A stretch of DNA of 64,000 nucleotides from Octopus sinensis (GCF_006345805.1 NC_043011.1:17744464-17808463); one strand, 5' to 3'; shown: positions 1-13,152, counted from the stretch's first letter. The notes: a model not told the origin generated them from the sequence alone. Made by a program: numbers and translations.

Positions 1-377
1 TATATATATATATACATACATACATACATACATACATCTACACACACACAGACACACATATATGTGCCTTGCTCGCTTACGTTCTGGTGTTTGCTAAATT
101 TCCTTGAGAACACTCCTTTCTTAGTGGAAAGACCATAGCGGATCTTCTAGCAAAATGGATGATGACTTACAGGTAATCCCTCTTATATGTGTATATATCT
201 TGTAGGAATATAAAAATATACAAGGAGCAAATATTCTGAAGAATCAGTATACATCACGTGACAGAATTATGAGTTGAAAAAAAAGTGGATTTTTTTTTAA
301 GTGGAAGAGAAATGCCTTTGTTTAATATAGATTAATATCATTTTATAAATATATATATATTATGTGGATGTCGTGAA

Positions 378-1460
378 ATCCAACCGGTTTTCGCTATTTA
401 AATTAGCTTTTCATGTGGCATTGTACTGTAATCAATTCTCGTGACAGAGAGGTCTCGTCAGTTTGGATGTTTAAAAAATAAGAATCACTCTAAAGAGTGA
501 ACCAAGGGAAGCAACGGGTGGCAAGGGGGGCAACTGGCTCCTTTGTATAATTTTGAAAATGGTGAAACTTGTATATTGAGGTGCTGTCTGTAGTTTTGTA
601 TGAATAGGTTTTCCTTGTTTAGACGTTCTTGTACTGTGATTGAACTTTTGTTTTGGTGCAATGGGAAGATATGAAAATTCGGCGTTTTATTACTTGTGCA
701 TGTGTCAATATGTCCGCTCAGTGCTATCTACCTGTATTCAGGGAAACAAATATGTTCTTTATACAGCGTGACTCTGCGTCTCAAAGTAAGGCTCGTTTGG
801 ACCACATAATTGTGACCACAACCTGAGCAGGTTAGGACATAGATAAGGTTCTGGGAAGCACATGTGAAGTTGGTCTCAATTGAAAATTTCTGTCCTTGCT
901 GGAATGTGAATTCCGAGCCTTCAATTAGGTATGGGCATGTACCACAATTAGGTCGTCTGAATTTTTAACTGTTGGTATCGTATAGTTTTGTTAGGAGTCT
1001 CTTGAGGGATTTGTCTTGTATTTTGCATTTTAGTAGTTTGTGTGCATTTAGGATGCTGTTCATTTTCGGGTCTTGAGTGTGCAGAGGGAGATTTTGTATA
1101 ATTGTGCTGTATGCTTCGTTGTTTCTGGGGTTCTTGGTTGATATGTATGGGAGTGATTTAAGGTGAGGTGTGGTGTTTTGTTTTGTTGTCCTCGATATCT
1201 TTTTGCCCAATTTCTTGGCACGTTTAATTCCATGTTCTATAAGTGTAGGTGGGTATTGGCGTTCAATGAGTGTTATTTTGAGTTCTTGTTGGCGAAGTTC
1301 CCGAGTGGTTGTGTCAGATGCGATTGAACTTTGCTAGAATGAATGGGATATTTATTTTGGTGTGTTTTGGATAGCATAAACTGAAAAGGAGATACTCTTT
1401 TGAGTATGTTGCTTTATAGTAAACGTCGGTTGCAATTTGGTTGATGGAACATATCTTACG
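378..1460 (-). mobile_element. Penelope-like element, 3' part: RT thumb, linker and GIY-YIG endonuclease (decayed), ending in a hammerhead-like motif
   Basis: Minus-strand translation gives NQIATDVYYKATYSKEYLLFSLCYPKHTKINIPF (thumb), then RRPNCGTCPYL...FTCASQNLIYVLTCSGCGHNYVVQTSLTLRRR...RLNKENLFIQ, the Cys-rich plus GIY-YIG layout of Penelope elements. Contains stops and frameshifts. Confidence 0.85.
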
Positions 1461-1464
1461 GGAG

Positions 1465-2925
1465 AAACCCAAAATAATCAATTTATATAAGAAAACTTTC
1501 TCCACAACAAAAATCCATATTTTAGCTAAATGTTTAAAATTTACACCCGCTCCACGTAGACCCAACGCCAATGAAATTAAAGATAATATTGCAGAATTCT
1601 GTTGATAACATCGATTGACAGAAGCACTAACCAACTACAACAATGATTGCGAATCACTAGTGAGAAACAAAAGTAATTATCTACCACCCAAAGGAAGGAA
1701 TAAAACACTAGACGACTTCTGCAACTGTATCCAGAATTTTCCTTACACTATCATGCAAACATTGTACGTAACTTCAACAACATACAATGGATGAACCTAC
1801 CACAGCTAAAAAGCGACAGACCTGACAATCAAAGAAGCAGACAAAGGTAGTGTTGTAATAGTGACGGACACAGAATACTATAAAAACCTAGCATTGTTCA
1901 TACAAGAAAATTACTCCCTTTTTGCAAATTATACACAGCAAAATACTTTTAAAATCTTGCAACTTTAATATTCAAACAGGGAAAAGGCCTAACAGAAAAT
2001 CTAAAAAGACTGCATCACAAATTTCAAATGCAAACCAAGACTTTTCTATGGCATCCCCAAAATCCACAAGAGTCAAATAATTACTTACGCCTGCAAATCA
2101 AATCCAGGACCACATATAAATATCCCAACACCAGAAGACATAAAATTAAGACCTATTATTGCTGGCTCAGCCTGTGAAATACACCACCTAGGCCACTTTC
2201 TGGACATACTATTGAAACCTTTCCTCAGATACATTAAAAGTTTCATTAGAGACGATCTGGACATGCTAGAGCATCTACCAAAAACCACCAACGAAGAAGC
2301 TTTATTAGTCTCCTTCAATGTCATCAACCTCTACACTAAACTTCCACATGACTAAGGAATAGAGGCAATAAAATTCTGGTTAGAAAAATACCTCGACGTT
2401 CTCTCGGACCGCATAAACCAGACTTTTGTCATTGAATCACTGACGTCCATCCTATAAAAGAGTTACTTCTTATTCGAAAAAACATAGTACCGCCAAAAAT
2501 GTGGTATTACGATGGGAACGAAAGCTGCGCTTATCCTTTCGAACCTAATAATGGGTTTCTTTGAATCTACCTTATATGAACTTTTACATCAAAAATGTGG
2601 CACCTCATTCCACCAGTATAGAAGAGAAAACTGGAAAAGGTACATAGACGATTATTTTATCATCTGGAACGAACCCTATGATAAACTCCTGGATTTCAAA
2701 TCCACATTGAACAATATAATCCCCAAAATCCAATTTACAATAGAATACAGCAAGGAACAGCTTCCATTTCTGGACATTTTAAAAATCAAAATGTCCAACA
2801 ACCAAATTGCAACCGACGTTTTCTACAAACCAATAGAAACAAAACAGTATCTGATTTTCAATTTATGCCATCCTAAACACGCCAAAATCACATTCAATCT
2901 AACAAAAAGGATCTGTAGCAGGTTT
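1465..2925 (+). mobile_element. Penelope-like element, N-terminal region and reverse transcriptase (pseudogenised)
   Basis: KIINL...LAKCLKFTPAP, IKEADKGSVVI, FYGIPKIHK, RPIIAG, LLVSFNVINLYT, GITMGTKAA, KRYIDDYFIIW, IQFTIEYSKEQLPFLDI, TDVFYKP...CHPKH. Multiple stops and frameshifts. Confidence 0.9.
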
Positions 2926-2970
2926 TTTTTTGAGGCTCAAGACTTTTCATAAAATTATCGTATATATATA

Positions 2971-3152
2971 TTTCTAATATCGAGATATATACATGCATAC
3001 ACACAGATAGACGGACCTAAACGCACGCGCGCGTGCTGTGTTTCTGCCAGAGAGACTTGTCTATCTGAACGCCCACTTTCTCCATCTTAGCGATTTTCAA
3101 GCTGTGCTTATCTTCAAGTAGTCATTCAAAATATCACATCATTTAATGGCTA
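2971..3152. repeat. Copy 1 of a ~182-bp direct duplication (copy 2 at 5511-5692)
   Basis: Both copies run tttctaatatcgagatatatacatgcatac...catcatttaatggcta, ~95% identical by eye, offset 2540 bp. Confidence 0.9.
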
Positions 3153-3225
3153 TATATACAATGTTTGTGTGCGAAAGAGAGAGAAAGCGAGAGAGAGAGA
3201 GGGTGACATTGTGTCTGTGTTTTTT

Positions 3226-3346
3226 CCCCACCACTGTTTGACAATCCATGTTGTTTACGTCCACGCAAATTCCCGGTTCGGAAAAACATCAGAGAACATA
3301 CGCATCGGGTTTATAAGAAGGTACTGGTTTGTATTCATGCGGCCAT
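3226..3346 (+). mobile_element. Degenerate 3' half of SINE family B
   Basis: ccccaccactgtttgacaatcc...cggttcggaaaa...atgcggcca resembles the reverse complement of the family B tail at 21950-22150. Confidence 0.4.
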
Positions 3347-3536
3347 ACTTCTTCAAGTACCACAGAGTCGCCTCGATGTTATGAGTAAATCCACTAAAAG
3401 CTATAAATAAAATAGCATATCCATGTATCTGACTATTTACTTATTCAACTACCTACCTACTTATATGTATGTATATATATATATATATATGCATGTATTC
3501 ATACATACATGTATATATATGTATATATATATATGC

Positions 3537-3589
<53 letters not shown>

Positions 3590-3798
3590 ATAAATATTAG
3601 GGAATAAATCCAAATTTACAGGGAAAAAATCAGATTTATGATTAATCGATTTTATAGTAAAATATTATAAAATATTATTCGAGACAAAACCACTATTTTG
3701 CAAAACAAACAAGGAAAGACTTAATCGATACATTAATCAATTAAGTCTTTCCTTGTTTGTTTTGCAAAATAGTGGTTTTGTCTCGAATAATATTTTAT

Positions 3799-3799
<1 letters not shown>
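3590..3799. mobile_element. Terminal-repeat fragment (probable Penelope pLTR) with a perfect 60-bp inverted repeat, embedded in (TA)n
   Basis: Arms 3666-3725 and 3740-3799 are exact reverse complements with a 14-nt loop. The same terminus occurs at 47775-47830 next to a hammerhead and at 27598-27668. Confidence 0.75.
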
Positions 3800-3831
<32 letters not shown>

Positions 3832-4899
3832 CTTAAATATATATATATACACACATATATACATTTATATATGTGTGTATATATAAATATATGTGCATGT
3901 ATTTATAAAATTATCAACCAATCTATTTGTCTCTCCTTATGTGTTTGTGTACGTCCTATGTGTTTATGCATACGTTTGTACACCTTCATATGCACTAGTA
4001 AGAAGATCTCATATATGCTTATATGCTTGTATATATACCTGCACACACGTACCTACTGTATATATACCCATATCTACAGTAACCTGTAAGTAGGTAAATA
4101 AATATTAGCCTTCACAAGTTAGCTAAACTATTCTAAAATTATTTAAATTCTGTCTGTCAAGAAGCTTTTCAAAATTCGCAAGATGATACCCGCGTCTACC
4201 GTATTGATGTGTATCGACTGAACTTTATAAAGAAAGCAAATATTTAATATCCGGTCATTTTAGTGAAAGCAACCAATGAAATGTAACCTGATTTGCACAG
4301 ACTGACGATTTATATATGTTTAATAGTAAATCGATTCTGTACAAGTAAATATCTCATAGACGGTATTTTGTAGGACATAAATATGGTAAAGGGCAAATAA
4401 ATTCATTAAAGTTTAGATTAGGATTCTTTTCACTCTTCAGTCTAGCTTTTGGTGACATCTTCTGATTAAGACGATAGAACACAATGGAAGCATTCTACTG
4501 AAACTTTCTTCATAAAGGAATTGGATATTTTATTGAAAGCAAACCCCCCGGGAACGTTAAGTGGTTAAAGTCATACTAGTGTAACTGATGTTATTTTGAA
4601 ATTTCAAAAACATTATCGATGAAGATGTTTCATTATCGGTACAAAAGACAAATGACAATATATTGAATATTGGAAATCAATGTTCGATTTCAAAAGCAAA
4701 ATCCTCCAGAGATGTCTAATTATACTGAATATATATATATATGGTATTATTAATTTTATACATAGGGGCATTCATGATTCACCTAATTTTGATCAAAAGT
4801 CTTACAGCAGTTCCTTTATAGGTCTTATATATTTATACATTTATGTATAAATTTATTAGTTCGTCCGTCGTTGTCGGCGATGGTGAAGGATTTCCATCG

Positions 4900-5290
4900 G
4901 AGAATAGTCCAGGGAACGGTGAGACCTTGTTGTGCTAGGTGATTTTAGAAGATATTAAGGTTGAAGCAGTTTAGCAATTTGGGATGACCTTTGTAAACCA
5001 TCCAAGTTTCCGAGGCGTACCATAGCGTAGGCAGTACATCTGCTTGGTAAACATTGGCGACCATCCTAAACAACTTGGCGACCATCCTAAATCCTATCCT
5101 ATAACACTGATTAACGTAGCCTTCCGTATGCTAAGCGTGACTTGGTGCGCTGAATATTCCGACTTCATCGTCCAGGTCCACTGATCTGGATGTTGTGCTG
5201 GCGAGGTATATGAACATATCAACGACTTTCAGGACCTCCCCTTCCAAAGTGTTAGTTCTATACACATCTCCTCCGGGACGGGTTGTTTTC
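4900..5290 (-). mobile_element. RTE-clade LINE RT C-terminal fragment
   Basis: LKVVDMFIYLASTTSRSVDLDDEV and VYQADVLPTLWYASETWMVYK match the RTE motifs FxYLGS and LLYGSETW. Confidence 0.75.
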
Positions 5291-5510
5291 TGAGTAACTT
5301 TTATAATATAAACCTAGAGTACAACGATTGCACGTCTCTATACTTATATTATAGAATGGCATGTCTAAATTATTCTAAAGTAGTGTAACATTTAAGGCTA
5401 TATTTGCTTGCAATTTTTAAATAAGTTCAGCGACTAGTTTGAGAATCTCTCGAGGACTACTGATTCATTCACTAAAGCTGGTATATCGAAATATAACAAC
5501 GTAACACCTA

Positions 5511-5692
5511 TTTCTAATATCGAGATATATACATGCATACAGACAGAAAGACGGACCGAAACATGCGCGCGCGTGCTGTGTTTCTGCCAGAGGGACTTGT
5601 CTGTCTGAACGCCCACTTTCTCCATCTTAGCGATTTTCAAGCTGTGCTTATCTTCAAGTAGTCATTCAAAATATCACATCATTTAATGGCTA
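5511..5692. repeat. Copy 2 of the ~182-bp direct duplication
   Basis: See 2971-3152. Confidence 0.9.
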
Positions 5693-6264
5693 AAAGAGAT
5701 GAAGCTATTATAGAGATTTTACATGTTACTTCATGAATATACACAAACATCAAAATACATACGTATATATATTTGCCGTCTCAAATAATAGCGTTCGTAA
5801 ACATTTTTTATCTCGTTTGGCTTAACAGCCCTTCTTGTTTGTGTTACTGTTATTCTCCGTGTCCTGTACTTTACTGTTTATATTTTGTACTGTCGTTACT
5901 GTCCTGTTTTTGTTACCATTTTTACCCCTCCGCCAAAAAAATCTCAAATTTTATTTAATTTGATTTTCGCGGAAAGGAAATTTTCATTGAAGTCACGTAT
6001 CGCCTTGACCTTCGAAACGTGGAGTAGATGAATCTAAGGCGACTGAAGAAGGGGAATTTTCCTTGTTTTGTATGTCCTGTACTCTATTTTTTCATTGTTT
6101 AAAAAATGGTCCATTTCCTTCGTTTTGTGTTTATGTTTTCGTTTCTCATTGTGTTCGGCGTTTATTTGGTGTCCTGTACCCATATATGCATGTATATATA
6201 CATGTAGAGGTAGGTACGTACATATATGTATGTATATATGCATATGTTTTATTTATTTATTAAT

Positions 6265-6296
<32 letters not shown>

Positions 6297-6307
6297 ATAT
6301 ATATTAT

Positions 6308-6349
<42 letters not shown>

Positions 6350-6411
6350 TATATGTATACATTTATATATGTGTGTGTGTGTGCATGAATTTATATACAT
6401 ACATACATATA

Positions 6412-9400
6412 TATGGTGGCTGTCTATTTCTTATGCTGAGTGTGATCACCTCCTCTACCTACACCTTAGAACCATCATGGCATCTGATGTGGCTTTTAAA
6501 TCAGACTATGTTCTGAAAATACACCCACAGAGATTGCACATCCGATTTGGACTTCAAGAGCTGCATATCCGTTCTGATCTTTGTGGATCTTAAAATGTGT
6601 TTCGAGGTTTCCGTTGGATTTGCAAACCTTATAGCATACACTGCATTGAAAGGTATGCACAGACATAGAGGCAGAATATTCGGTGGAGTTTCGTTTTGCA
6701 TGGGTTCACAAATGGGATTTGAGCCCAGCAAAAGAAAGGTATGGTCTCTCACAAACTGTGCACACAAAAACCTCATCGTCATTCACATTCTCGATCATAA
6801 CATTCCTCATAGGATCTATTTTGAGTCAGTCTTACATGCATTATCCTGGCCTCTTCAAATGCGTTCACTCCACTCCGCACAGTTGTTCACCATCCAAATC
6901 AATCTGAAGCAAAAGTTTGTATGTCTTCTGGATCCATTCAAAGTGACTTCATAGTAATCTTTATACCGTCCTTAAACTTATTTTTAGCTTTACGCCGATA
7001 GCGTTTCCCTCTGCAAGCTCACCATAAAACAGCTGTTTCAGCATGGCTTCATACACCGTTCAAACAATATGGCCACAAATCTCATTTGGTTCCTCAAATT
7101 CATAGCTTTAATTGAGGTGATCCCTGCAGATGCAAGGACATCTGCGTTTGGAGTAAAAGAACTCCATTTAATATTAAAAATGCGATGATGGCATTTTTGT
7201 TTGAATAGTGCTAACAATTTAAAATGCTTTTCATAGCAAGTCCATGTTTCACAAGAATACAACAGGGATGGTAAGACAAATCATTTGTAAAGAGCCAGCT
7301 TTGTATTCTTATTTATATGTTGCTGGCACCAAGTGCGTGACTCCAAGCTACCAAATACTTTTGCTGCCCTTTGAATTCGCAGATCTATTTCTTTATCAAG
7401 ATTTCCATCATTTTGTACAGAGCTTCCAAGGTAGATAAACGAATTGACAACCGCTAAAAACATACACATAACGAAATGTTTGCGGGGTTACAAACAGCTC
7501 CACACGTAGGTTGATACATTACAACTGCTTTCAAGTTGATGGTCAAGCGAAACTCATTACAAGCTGAGTCAAATGCAGATACAAGAGATTGCAGACCAGG
7601 TTGAGAATGACTGACAAGATCGCAATCGTTATCATATAAAAGCTCCCTAATGAGTGAAGTATAAACCTTCGTTTTGAATTTCAGTCCGGTCAAATTAAAA
7701 ACATTCCGCGTTGTTCGATATTTTATGTAAATACCGTCCTCGGAGTTTTGATAAGAATCTCACAGCACAGCAGTAAATAATATTGCCAAGAGGGTGGGTG
7801 CATGAACGTCTCCTTGCTTTACTCCATTTTCCACGGCAAAAGATTCAGAAAGCCTACCAACAAAATAAATTCTAGCTTTCATATCTTGCTGCAATGCTCT
7901 GATCATGTTTACAAATTTTTCTGCGCAACTTATTTTTCTTAGAATTAGCCACAGAGTATTTCGATTAACAGTATCGAATGCTTTGCTCAAATCAAGAAAG
8001 TAATGGTATAGAGCCATATTCAGTTCAATGCACTTTCTTGGAATTGACTGATAATAACGATGCAAGAGGAACGAAAACCACACTGAGACTCAGACACTAT
8101 ATTTGGAATTATGAAGGTATTTAAACGTTCTAACAAAATGCGGGCAAATACCTTTCCGACCATGGACAAATGCGAAATCCCACGAAAATTATCAGACAGA
8201 TGCTTTGGTACCGATTTATACAAGGAGACTAAAACGGCATCAATCCAGTTTTGAGGCACTTTCTTACCTTTCCAACAGTGAGAAATTAATATATTTAAGC
8301 GTTCAAACATTTTGTCACCCACTTATTTCAAGACTTCTGCACAGATTCCATCAAAATCTGGAGACTTATTGTTATTCAGCTCATTCTCAGCTAAATAAAC
8401 TGTCATTTAGAGTTGGTTCAAATGTCATATCTTCTATAACTGGCAGATGCTCGATTTTGTCTATCGTCCTCTTGTCAGTGGATAATGGTTTATTCAAAAG
8501 TGCAGAAAAATGTTCAACCCAGCGTTGTCAGTCAGAAACAAACGTCCATTTGTTGCTTTCAATGGAGCTATTGAAGTAGATTTTAGGCCATATACCTCCT
8601 TAACATAAGTGTACATACCATTGGTATCATTCCTATCAGCTGCTTCTTGTGCCCCCTTTTGCTCTGTTATTCTACCATTTCTATTAATTTTCCTTAGAGC
8701 AGTCGGCACTTTCCCTTTCAGCTTTCTGTAAGCTTCGTTTGAGTTGGGGTTCAAGGTCTGAGAAAGGAGTGTATTGCCTAAGTATTATTTTTCTAAAAGT
8801 AGATCATGTATTTCTGCTGATCTATTTGAGAACCAGTCACTGGATTTAGGTTATTTAAATCCACTGACGAACTTGTAGCCTGAAATTATTTTGTTTTGAA
8901 AAATTCCCATAGATTGTTTGGGTCAAGATTAATACTTTCTATAGTATCGTGGTGTCTTTAAAAGTTGCTTGATAATTTAAAGACTGCAACATTAAACTTT
9001 TTGGGTACCTTAGTACAGCACCAGACTATCGATCTGTAGGCATTATTGAAAACTCTATTTTCCCACGCACTAGATGATAGTCAGTCCAGCTCTCTGCCCC
9101 TATCATGGCCCGAACGCTAGAAACGTCTTTCATATCACGTTTTCTGATCAGAATATGGTCTGAGATGCCAGTGCTTAGATCTTGGGTGCATACAGGTGGT
9201 TTTATATTTATTTTTCTATTTAAACAGAGTGTTGGGGACCATCAGATTATTCTCAGTACAAAACGGGAAATGCGCTACTCCATTTTTATTACATTTTCCA
9301 ATCCTTAAAACAAGCCATGAAACATAGTTCTTTCCAACTATTGCATTGAAATGTCCTAATATGATCATCTAGCCAGAAATTGGTACTTCCTTCAATAATT

Positions 9401-10190
9401 GCACTAGATCACCATCAAACTTTCCTACAGTTTCATTAGAATGGGAAATATATTGTTGGTGCATAAATACTGTTACGAAACCTACCTCTTGTCAGTTTAA
9501 TACGGCATGACATGATCCGTTCAGATATATCACTTGGAAGGTCTGCAATGGAGGATACTAATGTACTCTTGAGAGCAAACCCGACACCAGGTTCTCTAAG
9601 CTGATTCTTAGAGGTCGGCCTCTCCAAAAATAGTATATCCATAAGTAAGTTCATTTACTTGACTCTCACCGGAAAGACGAGTTTTAGAGAGCGCAACTGT
9701 ATCAAGGGAATGTTTCTTAAGCGCACATACAATAAGTACAGTACGCCTTTCTGATCACTTGTTGAAATCATCATCAAGAAGTGTGCGCACATTCCAACAG
9801 TCAAAACTCAAAATATGTTTATTTTTACTTTTTCTTGAAGATAGTTTGATCACAGTGATAGGAGGACGACCGGGCTCAGGCTGTGATACAATGGGACACA
9901 GTCCGATGATTTTACCAAGATTTGATGTTTCTGTGCAGATAAATAATTTTCAGTGTGTGTAGGTTGCACAGCACTACCCCGCCTCTTGGGAAAAGAAGAC
10001 TTCGATACAACCAGGAACTTCCGTGACCTCAGGTTTTATTTCGGAGATTTCCTTTTCCTAGGTAGATTAGCAACCAAGGATAAAGAGCTTCTACCTGACC
10101 AGGAGGTACGCAAGCCCATTCCAGATAACAAACCGACACTCAAACACTCTATTAAGTGATCAAATATCACACCAGTGACCGACGCATACT
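6412..10190 (-). mobile_element. Near full-length decayed RTE-clade LINE: APE endonuclease, RT and three C-terminal C2H2 zinc fingers
   Basis: APE: CWNVRTLLD, VGFAL...SIYAPT, AESWTDYHLV. RT: NFRGISHLS, SESQCGFRS, FLDLSKAFDTVNR, GVKQGDVHAP, ELLYDNDCDL, FIYLGS, YSCETW. Zinc fingers at 6477-6770. The 3' end abuts a (TA)n-type microsatellite. Many stops and frameshifts. Confidence 0.92.
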
Positions 10191-10529
10191 AGTTCATTAA
10201 TACATAAGAAAATAAAAGCAAGTACGATATGTGATTTGCAAATGTAAATAAGAATTAAATATAAATAATATTGATACGAGTATAAACAAGTAAAAGATGT
10301 GCAATAAGTATAAATAATTATGTATATAAAAGTAAAAATATACATATATATACATATAAAAATGGTTCGATTTGTGACTAAGAATTAAAGAAGAATCATA
10401 TATAAATAACATATATAAATAATATATATAAATATAAAAAGTAAATTATATGCAATTAAAAAATATAAAGTAAGATTTAAATACCAATGATATATATATA
10501 TATATATATATATATTTACAGATATTTTG

Positions 10530-10715
10530 TTGGATAGGCGTCGACTGTTCAGGAGTTCCTCTGTCCTTTCACGGGTCATATTTTTCATCCTGCAGGGTGT
10601 CCAGCAACGCCCTCCTTACCAAGCAAGCCTGGTGGGGTTGCCAGTTTAGTCGCCGACGACCCGACCACGCGACAGGTTGTACAGGATTACATGTTACCAG
10701 TAGCTCTCTAGTTCG
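10530..10715. mobile_element. GC/CpG-rich island between (TA)n runs, probably a LINE 5'-UTR fragment
   Basis: Sharp compositional contrast with microsatellite flanks on both sides. No protein motif; family not identified. Confidence 0.3.
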
Positions 10716-11952
10716 ACGTGACATAAATGAATATATATATACATATATACTTACACACACACACAGACATATATATACATACGAGGAGTGTATATAAGAA
10801 TTATAATGAGTGATTATCTCATCACTGTATCACTTCCCTACATGTTGACCGGTTTGATCATCAAAATTTTAATGTAAGACGCACGTTAATATTGCAATCT
10901 TCAATAGTCGTTTTTCCCTTTTCTAACGTTAGTAGTGTTATAGACGTTTGAGACAGTTCTTGGTGTTAGATTATAAAACACACACAGACACGCACTCAAA
11001 CATTCATTTATACAGATATTTACAAATATACACATGAAAATGCTATGATAAAAATATGACTTCAAGTTAGCTGTATTTTTAAATATTTCCGAATCAAACT
11101 GGCCAAACAATCTTTGGTATGCCCGTATAATTAAGACTTCATTTCCACAGACAGAATGAATATTTTGCCGCTTCCATTGCTTAAGAGCCAATTTTAAATT
11201 ATTTCAGTATCAGTAGCTAATATGATTTTGATCTAAACTTTTTTTAAAAGATTAAAACGAATTTAAACATAACGTTATAAATTAATAATCAAAGAAATAA
11301 AAGACAAAATTTAGATGTTAATACTTCTATTTCTATAAGTATGGTAAAAGTACCCTCAATATATTAATATCAAAAATTTGACAGAACTTTCTTTCCAGCC
11401 TCATATATATAATCTAGAACAAATTATTTATTATTCGGTATATATTATTCATTTAGTTACATTAGCAAATGAGGAAATAAGAAAATAAAATGAATGAAAT
11501 TAAGAAAAACTGAAAATAATGTTATAAATTCATTCTTATTTCATAAATCTATTGGCTCCAACTTAAAAACAAATAAAAGGAATTAATTGGTGGGGCCTTA
11601 ATTGACTCTATGTTTTCATATTACAGACTATTTCTTTATTTACTAGCATCAGTAACGTTACATTACATTTCTAATTTTATTCAAATCGTTAGTTTTAATT
11701 CATTGCGAAACTATGAAATATTTCAATCGCTGAAATAAAGCTGGAAGATATAAAGTGTTATTTGATGAGTTGAGATTGTCTTGGTATGAGAGTTTGTGAG
11801 TGGTACGTTATAAGTAAAAATTAAAATTAGATAACATTAAATGCTAGTTGCTGTTTACATGTGCTAGGTGTGTCAGGGTGTGTAGGGTTTCGATTTTGAT
11901 TGTTGAGTAAGTAGTTGGTGATTAGAGAAAAATAATCATAAGAGTTAAATGT

Positions 11953-12535
11953 TTTTTCTACTCTAGGCACAAGGTCCGAAATTTTAGAGGAGGATTCCAG
12001 TCGATTAGATCGACCCCAGTACGCAACTGGTACTTAAATTATCGACCTACTAAGGATGAAAGGCAAAGTCGACCTCGGCGAAATTTGAACTCAGAACGTA
12101 AAACCAGACGAAATACTTATTTCTTTACTACCCACAAGGGGTTAAACACAGAAGGGACAAGCTAGGACAGACAAACGGATTAAATCGATTACATCGATTC
12201 CAGTGCGTAACTGGTACTTATTTAATCGACCCCGAAAGGACGAAGGGCAAAGTCGACCTCGGCGGAATTTGAACTCAGAACGTAGCGGCAGACGAAATAC
12301 CTATTTCTTTATTACCCACAGAGGGGCTAAACACAGAGGGGACAAACAAGGACATACATAGGTATTAAGTCGCTTACATCGACCCCAGTGCGTAACTGGT
12401 ACTTATTTAATCGACCCCAAAAGGACGGAAGGCATAGTTGACCTCGGCGGAATTTGAATTCAGAACGTAGCGGCAGACGAAATACTGCTAAGCATTTCGC
12501 CCAGCGCGCTGACGTTTCTGCCAGCTCGCCGCCTT
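11953..12535 (-). mobile_element. SINE family A, head-to-tail trimer (one full head, two headless units)
   Basis: Three repeats of the core gtcgacctcggcggaatttgaactcagaacgta. The tRNA-like head aggcggcgagctggcagaa is present once, at the 12535 end. Confidence 0.88.
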
Positions 12536-13152
12536 CTTATATGAGTTAAATGTTTCAATCATTGAACATATTCTCATACGTGTGTAAAATTTTGCAAAGC
12601 GTGGTATTTTCTATTTTATATTAATGGTATATTGAAGCAGATAGATAGCAATTTTTAGCGCGCTACATAAAATGATTAGCGACATTTCATTCGGTTCTTT
12701 ACATTCTGGGTTCAAATGTCACTGCGAACAAATTTGCATTTCCTTATTTGAGGGCGTAAAACAGGTTGTAGTTGAGTAATGGATCTCCTTAAAATTACTG
12801 ATCATGTGCCAAAATCAGAACACATGTTAAGGATTAAACTGGTCGATTTTAAATTCCAAAATGTGTTTGACTGTCAAATATCTACGGTTAATATCTAATT
12901 TCTAAATGCCAGTTTATTAAATATTGCTTTAAATAGATTGGTCATTGATTCTTTGTTTTATTAACTGTGGGGCATTAATGAACACACTGGCGTCTCAGTT
13001 TTGTTATTAATGTATGCTGTAATTATTTTTATAATTATAGTCTCGCGTAACACGGCTGCAACACTGTGTTTAGTTTAAATTGATTAGAGCTCCCTTGTAT
13101 TTTGCAATGGTAAAAATAATAGAATACAAGATATTAATTTTACATTGAGTGA

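Noticed and set aside
5990-6065. Plus-strand CCUUC-GAAACGU ... CUGAAGA-AGG as a permuted hammerhead
   Set aside because: Position 17 would be G and stem I does not form in register; left unresolved. If real it would weaken the strand-bias finding.
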